Source: an uncultured Prevotella sp. | Lineage (GTDB): Bacteria; Bacteroidota; Bacteroidia; Bacteroidales; Bacteroidaceae | NCBI GenBank assembly: GCA_947170265.1 | Contig: CAMVSV010000010.1 | Location: 9,702 to 73,701, forward strand | Direction: 5' to 3' | Length of the DNA: 64,000 nt | Shown: positions 60,460 through 64,000 of the stretch, piece after piece | Position numbering within the stretch: position 1 is the stretch's first letter | Layout of the letters: the number at the start of each line of letters is the position of its first letter | Translations under genes and position numbers: made by a program | The notes under the pieces: generated by a model | What the model saw: only the letters and a program-made list of their open reading frames with translations | Database searches by the model: none | Told to the model about the DNA's origin: nothing

Positions 60460-60475
60460 CTCTTTAAGTTTTTAT

Positions 60476-62101
60476 TTATTTCTTTGATTTCTTAAATAAC
60501 AGAAAGTTATAAAGACTAATGTTCGTAACCATCTTATCCTCAATGCTGATGTCGCTGAGAACCAGCATCAAGGAGTCGTTGCGATAGGTGAGCAGCTGCT
60601 CAGGATGGCGAAGGATCGTCGTGTCGCGACGGATGATGGAACCGATGGGATATTCCAGGACGACAGCTGTATCCTTTCGGACGGTGACCGTCTGATGGTC
60701 AAAGTCGCAGTCATAGGCCTCGTCGGGCAACAGCGTGGTGTATTCTTCCAACTCGACCGGATGTTTCCTATTATCAGAAAGACAATAGAGGGTGTCGCCC
60801 ATGCTTTCATTGAATTCATAATCATTGTGATGCCATTTGCCATACTGCGCCTCAAACGCCTCCCACCCGATATCTTCGCGCACATAGTCGATAACGCTGC
60901 AAGCCTCTTTGTATCGCCCACACAACTGGCTGTCTTGGCTAATCTGCTTCATATTGAGGTCGTCTTTCAGCTTGCCAGTCTTGCTGTCCGTCAGCTTCAA
61001 TTCGCTGATGATGGTTGCAAGCCGCTGCTCCTGACTACGCAGGCCTATACACTTGGCAGAGATGCCAGGAATATAGGTAAAGAGGATGATGGCTGCTCCG
61101 AAGACGAGGGCCATGAGTTGGTAGCGGCGGGTGCGCTCCTTACAGAGCATCAACACGAAAAGGGTCATCAACAGTCCCGCCACCAGCAGGTAGAAGCGGC
61201 TCTCAGTGAAGCTATAAAGCCGGATGCGGTAGATGGAACCTATCCAGTACATGATGAGTGGCGGAATGGCTATCAGCGTGAAGTAACGGTAGAACCAGTC
61301 ATAGTAACGCTTGCTGAGTATCGACTGCGCCGCATACCCGATCAAGGCCACGGTGATGAACCCCATCACCATCCAAGCAACGCCGCCTTTAGGCAAGTCC
61401 CACTCGAAGGCTATCTTGATGAAATAGGTATAGAGGATGACCGTATAGAGGATGACGGCTGGCGAAAGGATGAAATTAAGGATGATCCTGAGCACCTTAA
61501 AGGGCTCCACCACCTCATCTTCGTGCTGACGGATGAGCGTGCAACACACCTGTGGAGCCAGCACAAACCAGATGAATTGGAAGATGTATTCGTAGAAATT
61601 CGTGGGAGCCTGGATGCTGAAGATATAGAAGAAAGAACCTGTGACAGCCAGCACCGCCAACGTGAAGATGCCAGTGACAAACAGGCCGAGGAACAGCTGC
61701 GTGACGACATGCAGGGCATGGGCTGTAAAGGTGCGGTTATCCATCTTCTTGTTGCCAATAATAAGCAAGATGCCTGCCAAGACGTAGGTGAATCCAAATC
61801 CGATCGTCCAAATGAAGGAATCCGGGTTGAGAGCCATGAGCGGCAGGAAAAAGAAGAACGAGAGGAAGTAAACTTTGCGATTGACGCGCTGAAGCCAGAA
61901 GGAAAGCGCGACCAATGGGCCGAAAAGGAAGAGGATGTCATCATTGACAGCACTCTTCATCTGCATGTTTTCATCCCAGTCTAAACTCTCTGTGTGCAAT
62001 ACGGCAATGATAAAGAAAGCCACTCCCAAGGCCATTTCAACGGGAAATTGCCGTGGGCTTCGCAGCAGTTGCTGCCATAATGTTTTCAATCCTGTAGACA
62101 T
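60476..62101 (-). CDS. Multi-pass membrane protein with C-terminal soluble domain (possibly DUF4153-like)
   Basis: 541 aa with about 10 clear TM helices followed by a soluble region of about 190 aa. The 459-aa plus-strand ORF opposite it is D/E/H/Q-rich shadow sequence. Confidence 0.6.
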   Translation of the reverse strand: MSTGLKTLWQQLLRSPRQFPVEMALGVAFFIIAVLHTESLDWDENMQMKSAVNDDILFLFGPLVALSFWLQRVNRKVYFLSFFFFLPLMALNPDSFIWTIGFGFTYVLAGILLIIGNKKMDNRTFTAHALHVVTQLFLGLFVTGIFTLAVLAVTGSFFYIFSIQAPTNFYEYIFQFIWFVLAPQVCCTLIRQHEDEVVEPFKVLRIILNFILSPAVILYTVILYTYFIKIAFEWDLPKGGVAWMVMGFITVALIGYAAQSILSKRYYDWFYRYFTLIAIPPLIMYWIGSIYRIRLYSFTESRFYLLVAGLLMTLFVLMLCKERTRRYQLMALVFGAAIILFTYIPGISAKCIGLRSQEQRLATIISELKLTDSKTGKLKDDLNMKQISQDSQLCGRYKEACSVIDYVREDIGWEAFEAQYGKWHHNDYEFNESMGDTLYCLSDNRKHPVELEEYTTLLPDEAYDCDFDHQTVTVRKDTAVVLEYPIGSIIRRDTTILRHPEQLLTYRNDSLMLVLSDISIEDKMVTNISLYNFLLFKKSKK

Positions 62102-62137
62102 TTTTTATCCTTTTATTATATATGAAATCTTGTATCA

Positions 62138-62310
62138 CTATTTCTCTTTCAGAATATTAATTACATGATAACTGATGGTTTGCTTCGAGGTGGCAAAAGT
62201 TCTGCCATCTGTTGCTGGTTCAGCCATATCTTGCCATCCTTGGCATAGAGTGCCACCGATGCGCGGCCATCTGCCGTGCGATAGATGATGATATTCTGCT
62301 GTTCGTCCAT
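62138..62310 (-). pseudogene. Frameshifted, truncated RhuM-family (virulence protein) N-terminal remnant
   Basis: My translation from ATG 62310 is MDEQQNIIIYRTADGRASVALYAKDGKIWLNQQQMAELL, then a frame slip into ATSKQTISYHVINILKEK*. This matches the RhuM N-terminus pattern (IIxYxxxDGxxxVxxxxxxxxxWLxQxQMAELFxxxKQxISxHIxNI), and the rest of the gene is absent. Confidence 0.5.
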
Positions 62311-62332
62311 ATTTCTTATACCTTATTATGTA

Positions 62333-63880
62333 TTATATCCCTCTCTCAGCCCAGTCGCCCCGGTCAAGATTTCTGTATCCTACTGCCTCAGCGATATGCT
62401 GGCTCTGCACTTTCTCCGAGCCTTCGAGGTCGGCGATGGTGCGGGCGACCTTTAATATTCTATTGTACGCGCGGGCGGAGAGCTTGAGGCGCTCCATTGC
62501 CATTCGGAGCAGGTCAAGAGAGCTTTCGTCTGGCTCGGCAAACTGGTGGAGCATGCGCTCGGTCATCTGTGCGTTGCAGTGGACACCCTTAAAGGGACGG
62601 AACCTCTCCTCCTGTATTTTTCGGGCACGCACAACGCGCTCGCGGATGACGGCACTGGGTTCGCCGGGCTTCAGCTGGGAGAGCTGGGCGAAGGGCACGG
62701 CCTGAATCTCACAGTGTATGTCGATACGGTCAAGCAATGGCCCACTTATCTTAGAGAGATAACGGTTGATCTGTCCGGGTGTGCAGGTGCAGTTGTGCTG
62801 AGGATCACCGTAGTAGCCACAGGGACATGGATTCATCGATGCCACCAGCATGAATGAGCAAGGGTATTCCACCGTGTAATTAGCGCGGGTAATCGTTATC
62901 TTACGGTCTTCCAGCGGCTGACGGAGTATTTCCAAGGTAGCCCTGTTGAACTCTGTCAGCTCATCGAGAAAGAGCACGCCATTATGCGCCAGTGAAACCT
63001 CTCCTGGCATTGCCTTTGACGTTCCGCCAGCGAGTCCTACCTGTGAAATGGTATGGTGTGGGCTTCTGAATGGACGCTGGTAAATGAGCGACGTGTTTCT
63101 GTCTGTCTTACCTGCAATGGAATGTATCTGTGTAGTCTCCAGGCTTTCAGCAAGGGAGAGAGGAGGCAGAATGCCTGGCAGACGTTTTGCGAGCATAGAT
63201 TTACCACTTCCCGGAGGACCAATCATTATCATGTTGTGACCTCCAGCTGCCGACACCTCAAGGGCTCTCTTCACGCTCTCCTGTCCCCGAACATCTTCCA
63301 TATCAAGGTCTGACGAGGCTTGATGGCTGAAAAACTCCTTTCTCGTATCGGTAACATAGGGCTCAAACTGTTCCTGAGAGTTCAAGAATGCTATCACGTC
63401 TGTAATGGTCTCCATGCCGTAAACCTCAAGATTGTTTACCACGGCAGCCTCACGCACATTGTTTTTGGGAACAATCAGTCCTTTGAACTTATCTTTCCGT
63501 GCTTTAATGGCAATAGGCAACGCTCCTCTCACCGGCTGCAGGTCACCTCCGAGACCGAGTTCCCCAACGAGCATGTAGTCTTTCAACTTATCGGTACAGA
63601 CATCACCGTTGGAAGCAAGTATACCTATTGCCAACGGCAGGTCATAGCTGCTCCCCTCCTTTTTCAGGTCAGCTGGTGACAGATTAACCGTGATGTCCAT
63701 TGTAGGAAAGCAAATGTTATTGTTTGTTATTGCCGCTTTTATGCGGTCGTAGCTTTCTTTTACCGCCGTGTCTCCTAATCCCGTCAGGTGAAACATCACT
63801 CCCTTTGACAAACTCACTTCACATGTGACAGTTGTTACTTCCAATCCATTTACTGCCGCGCAATATGTTTTTACCAACAT
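62333..63880 (-). CDS. comM: YifB/ComM-family Mg-chelatase-like AAA+ ATPase
   Basis: The ORF track starts at a TTG (63931). I prefer ATG 63880 (MLVKTYCAAVNGLEV). Walker A GPPGSGKSM, Walker B VLFLDEL, and C-terminal ARAYNRILKVARTIADLEG. Confidence 0.88.
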   Translation of the reverse strand: MLVKTYCAAVNGLEVTTVTCEVSLSKGVMFHLTGLGDTAVKESYDRIKAAITNNNICFPTMDITVNLSPADLKKEGSSYDLPLAIGILASNGDVCTDKLKDYMLVGELGLGGDLQPVRGALPIAIKARKDKFKGLIVPKNNVREAAVVNNLEVYGMETITDVIAFLNSQEQFEPYVTDTRKEFFSHQASSDLDMEDVRGQESVKRALEVSAAGGHNMIMIGPPGSGKSMLAKRLPGILPPLSLAESLETTQIHSIAGKTDRNTSLIYQRPFRSPHHTISQVGLAGGTSKAMPGEVSLAHNGVLFLDELTEFNRATLEILRQPLEDRKITITRANYTVEYPCSFMLVASMNPCPCGYYGDPQHNCTCTPGQINRYLSKISGPLLDRIDIHCEIQAVPFAQLSQLKPGEPSAVIRERVVRARKIQEERFRPFKGVHCNAQMTERMLHQFAEPDESSLDLLRMAMERLKLSARAYNRILKVARTIADLEGSEKVQSQHIAEAVGYRNLDRGDWAERGI

Positions 63881-64000
63881 AGTTTCATATCTGTTTTCTG
63901 CAAAATTACGAAAAACAATGAAAACTGTCAAGTAAGCATAAAAATTTTCAATTCTTACCTTCCCAAAGAATAATATGGAACCGTTTTTTAGAAATACACA

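Noticed and set aside
60605-61984. 459-aa plus-strand ORF, plus 180-aa and 117-aa ORFs in other frames, opposite the membrane protein gene
   Set aside because: The translation is D/E/H/Q/R-rich with no recognisable domain, while the minus-strand frame gives clean TM helices. This is the typical shadow ORF of a membrane-protein gene.
57604-62101. Impression that this block is compositionally foreign (more GC, many long shadow ORFs)
   Set aside because: Equally long shadow ORFs occur opposite rarA (3070-4065), hisD (16500-17372) and hisG. I cannot support a composition shift without computing a GC/codon profile.

Overview
The gene content points to a Bacteroidota chromosome segment, probably Prevotella/Segatella-like. 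The clues are TTTG/TAnnTTTG promoter boxes, T9SS C-terminal sorting domains, a GT3 glycogen synthase and the ileS-dksA-lspA arrangement. Most of the window is housekeeping. It holds lolE-like (partial), rarA, a D-2-hydroxyacid dehydrogenase, glyA, pyrBI, an mltF-like transglycosylase and hisGDC. It also holds a C69 dipeptidase, an LTA-synthase-like sulfatase, nadC, lspA, a dksA-like gene, ileS, uvrA, a nucleoside phosphorylase and serC. The remainder is glgP plus glycogen synthase, an M64 peptidase, cdd, tRNA-Pro(TGG), an alkD-like gene, an S41 peptidase and comM. Four regions stand out. (1) 7.9-12.7 kb is an AT-rich islet of same-strand orphan Rhs-type toxin/immunity cassettes. It includes a clear RHS core-end fragment with an HExxH tip, but no full-length rhs, secretion genes or mobility gene. 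(2) 12.9-14.0 kb is a dense mosaic of short hairpin repeats and a 22-bp periodic array with no credible ORF. (3) 46.3-52.0 kb is a tightly packed seven-gene operon that looks like an Arn/Gtr-type undecaprenyl-phosphate-linked surface modification system. It appears rewired to a dTDP-4-amino-4,6-dideoxyhexose (WecE/WecD) donor and is preceded by a long, apparently structured leader. (4) 52.3-57.4 kb is a citDEF-citX citrate lyase locus with an unusual CitC-CitG fusion. All calls come from reading the sequence and the ORF track. No database search was run.
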